Source of the DNA: Promethearchaeota archaeon
GTDB lineage: Archaea; Asgardarchaeota; Lokiarchaeia; Sigyniarchaeales; SOKP01
Assembly: GCA_048938445.1 (NCBI GenBank)
Contig: JBHLME010000056.1
Span: 1 to 27,991, forward strand
Length of the DNA: 27,991 nucleotides
Direction: 5' to 3'
Of this stretch, positions 25,867 to 27,991 are shown piece by piece. A program made the translations under genes and the position numbers. The notes under the pieces were generated by a model, which saw only the letters and a program-made list of their open reading frames with translations, had not been told where the DNA came from and made no database searches. How positions within the stretch are numbered: position 1 is the stretch's first letter; each line of letters opens with the position of its first letter.

Positions 25867-27759
25867 ATGGCTATAATAGATTCAATTGTTGCAGTGTTAG
25901 TTTTATATATTATTTCATCTATGATCAACAAACACATACCAGAAGATAAACAAATCCCTAAAAGAGAACATAAGAGATGCACGGCCATAGTTTCCCTCAT
26001 ACTTTTAGTTATTAGCATTGACATTAGGGTCATGCTAGAGTTTATATGGGGTTATGTTGAAATATTTGTGATTTTCACGAATGATTTTTTAATGTTAGGA
26101 ATTCTGAGTATAATTTTTTATTATTTATACAAGAAACGCATTATTAGATTTGGTCCTATTGTTGAGAAGAAGTTTTTTAACAGTCCTTTTCTAAAAATTT
26201 ATAATATATTTATTATTTTAATTTGGATAGGTGCAATATCATTCATTCCTATTCCACTCTTGGACATTCCGATAAATCATCCTGATGTTTTTGAATTAGG
26301 ATTTTATTGGGCAGCTTTAACAGTTGTAATTAATATTGTTTTTACGTTTTTGATTAATAATATTCGCTCAATTGAAAATAGAATTCCTAAACAGCCTCTC
26401 AAGTATGCTATGTTTTCAGGTGGGCTTATATCATTTGGAATCTGGGCGATACAACTTATAGTCTTTGAATTATATTTAAAACGAGTATTTGGAATTCCTC
26501 TCTGGGAACAGGATATTCGAATATTAATCGGTGTAGTTACTAGTATTTACATAATTATACTTATCGTGTCATTAAAAAAAAGATTTTTACCAAAAGCTAA
26601 AGAACAAAGTAAAACAAGAGTTCAAAAAGTATTAGTAGAAATGAAAGTTCAAGCTTCAAATGAGCTTGATTCGGTGATGGATAGGACAGGGGCAAAAGAA
26701 TTACTCAATGTAAAAGATCTCACGACTTATTTTTATACTGAAGAAGGCGTGGTTCATGCTGTGGAAAATGTTTCTTTTAAAGTTAATGAGGGAGAAGTAT
26801 TAGGCTTAGTAGGTGAAACAGGTTGTGGAAAATCTGTAACTGGTTTATCGATCCTTCGTTTAATCAGACCTCCAGGAAAAATCAGAAATGGAAATGTTTT
26901 TTTTAATGGAGTTGATCTCTTAGAAAAATCCGAAAAAGAAATGTTAGAATATCGTGGAAAAGACATAACAATGATATTTCAAGATCCGCTTAATTCTCTT
27001 AATCCAGTTTTTAAGATAGGTAAACAAATTTCTGAAGTATTTTTATTACATATGCTAGATGAATTGCTTGTTGAAGCTTCTAAAGATGACAATATGAGTA
27101 TTTATAGTTTAGCTCGAAAATGGAGTATCGATTTGTTGAAAGATTTAAATATCCCCCATCCCGAAGTAATAATTGATCGATACCCTCACGAATTAAGCGG
27201 TGGAATGCGGCAAAGAGTTCAAATTGCAATCGGATTAGCATGTAGACCTAAATTATTAGTTGCTGATGAACCAACTACAGCATTAGATGTCACGATTCAA
27301 AATCAAATCTTAAAACTAATGATAGAGCTTCACAAGAAATACAAAACAACCATATTATTTATTTCTCATGATTTTGGAATCATTACAAAAATGTGTAATT
27401 ATGTTGCTGTCATGTATAGTGGTTCAATAGTCGAATATGGAAAAATTCAAGCATTATTCACAAGACAATATCATCCTTACACGATGGGTTTAATTAAGTC
27501 TATTCCAGTTGTTGGAAAACAGAAAGATACTCTATCTATCATACCTGGAATGGTTCCTAATTTAATTTATCCCCCTTCAGGATGTAGATTTCATCCAAGA
27601 TGTCAATACTGTTTCGAACCTTGTGAATCATTAATGCCTAAAAATATTAAGATAGACGAAGAATATTTTGTTGCCTGCCACCTTTATGATCCAGAATATA
27701 AAGAATTAGCAGAAATTGCTTTAAAAAAAATAGAAGAAATTCAAAATAAAACAATATGA
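25867..27759 (+). CDS. dppD: Peptide ABC transporter ATPase (DppD/OppD type) with an N-terminal ~7-TM domain
   Basis: Walker A GETGCGKS, Q-loop IFQDP, signature LSGGMRQR, Walker B LLVADEPT, H-loop ISHD, and Cys-rich GCRFHPRC...VACH. The first ~240 aa are hydrophobic. The start may extend to ATT at 25816. Confidence 0.92.
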   Translation: MAIIDSIVAVLVLYIISSMINKHIPEDKQIPKREHKRCTAIVSLILLVISIDIRVMLEFIWGYVEIFVIFTNDFLMLGILSIIFYYLYKKRIIRFGPIVEKKFFNSPFLKIYNIFIILIWIGAISFIPIPLLDIPINHPDVFELGFYWAALTVVINIVFTFLINNIRSIENRIPKQPLKYAMFSGGLISFGIWAIQLIVFELYLKRVFGIPLWEQDIRILIGVVTSIYIIILIVSLKKRFLPKAKEQSKTRVQKVLVEMKVQASNELDSVMDRTGAKELLNVKDLTTYFYTEEGVVHAVENVSFKVNEGEVLGLVGETGCGKSVTGLSILRLIRPPGKIRNGNVFFNGVDLLEKSEKEMLEYRGKDITMIFQDPLNSLNPVFKIGKQISEVFLLHMLDELLVEASKDDNMSIYSLARKWSIDLLKDLNIPHPEVIIDRYPHELSGGMRQRVQIAIGLACRPKLLVADEPTTALDVTIQNQILKLMIELHKKYKTTILFISHDFGIITKMCNYVAVMYSGSIVEYGKIQALFTRQYHPYTMGLIKSIPVVGKQKDTLSIIPGMVPNLIYPPSGCRFHPRCQYCFEPCESLMPKNIKIDEEYFVACHLYDPEYKELAEIALKKIEEIQNKTI

Positions 27760-27788
27760 CTTTATAAAAACTAGAGGTATTTATAATC

Positions 27789-27980
27789 TTGATTAATATA
27801 ATAGAAAATATTGTATTTCCCCTAATTTTGTTCGTAATTGGCTTGATATTAACAAAACGATTTTTATTTTATAAAAAATGGAAATATTCAACAAAAATAA
27901 CGCTTGTAATAAATTTAGTATGGTTATTGTTAAATATAGTTCTGCTATTTATTGTTTCAATTTTTTTTGAAAATTTTTGA
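27789..27980 (+). CDS. Small 2-TM membrane protein
   Basis: TTG start with SD GAGGT 9 nt upstream. Two hydrophobic helices flank a basic loop. It ends 11 nt from the window edge. Confidence 0.55.
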   Translation: MINIIENIVFPLILFVIGLILTKRFLFYKKWKYSTKITLVINLVWLLLNIVLLFIVSIFFENF

Positions 27981-27991
27981 TATTTTGTAAT

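Noticed and set aside
1610-26966. Many short ORFs in the track that lie antisense or off-frame within larger genes (e.g. 2925-3224, 8809-9273, 12026-12436, 22598-22792, 26754-26966)
   Set aside because: They are shadow ORFs of well-supported genes and show no recognisable motifs.
1-27991. Selenocysteine read-through at TGA-terminated ORFs
   Set aside because: The TGA stops fall at natural domain ends. No catalytic Cys position is replaced and no SECIS-like hairpin was noticed.
27955-27991. Homopolymer error truncating a longer TM-fused DppF
   Set aside because: Adding or removing one T in the T8 run still gives a stop within the window, so the ORF is short either way. A dppF gene may lie beyond the edge.
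1-27991. CRISPR arrays, tRNA/rRNA genes, IS elements
   Set aside because: I saw no regularly spaced repeats, no GC-rich structured RNA islands in the intergenic DNA, and no transposase motifs.

Overview
AT-rich archaeal chromosomal window, very probably from an Asgard archaeon (Lokiarchaeia-like). The basis is a gelsolin-domain gene fused to a Loki-typical domain, archaeal BRE/TATA-like promoters, T-tract terminators, an HTH_10 regulator and a C-terminally anchored solute-binding protein. About 24 CDS, in order: (1) a thiol-redox/stress group (glutaredoxin-like protein, DUF2156 protein, Hsp20, mycothione-reductase-like disulfide reductase with a His tail); (2) an unlisted 50-aa acidic ORF and the gelsolin fusion; (3) catabolic genes (FAD oxidoreductase, GNAT, DUF1330, nitronate monooxygenase/FabK-like enzyme, extended SDR, alpha/beta-hydrolase-PKD protein) with an HTH_10 regulator; (4) an activase-less glycyl radical enzyme beside a TetR regulator; (5) a CPBP-family protein and a hypothetical protein; (6) a Dpp/Opp-type ABC importer whose ATPase carries about 7 extra TM helices and may start at ATT. 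The intergenic DNA holds two repeated cis-elements. A 19-bp pseudo-palindrome (AAATKACCRWYGGTMATTT) lies directly downstream of TATA-like boxes of the GRE, TetR and SBP genes. A 31-bp element (29/31 identical) lies upstream of the SDR and hydrolase genes. Together they suggest two local regulons. No rRNA, tRNA, CRISPR array or transposase was recognised. All family calls come from motif recognition by eye, not database searches.
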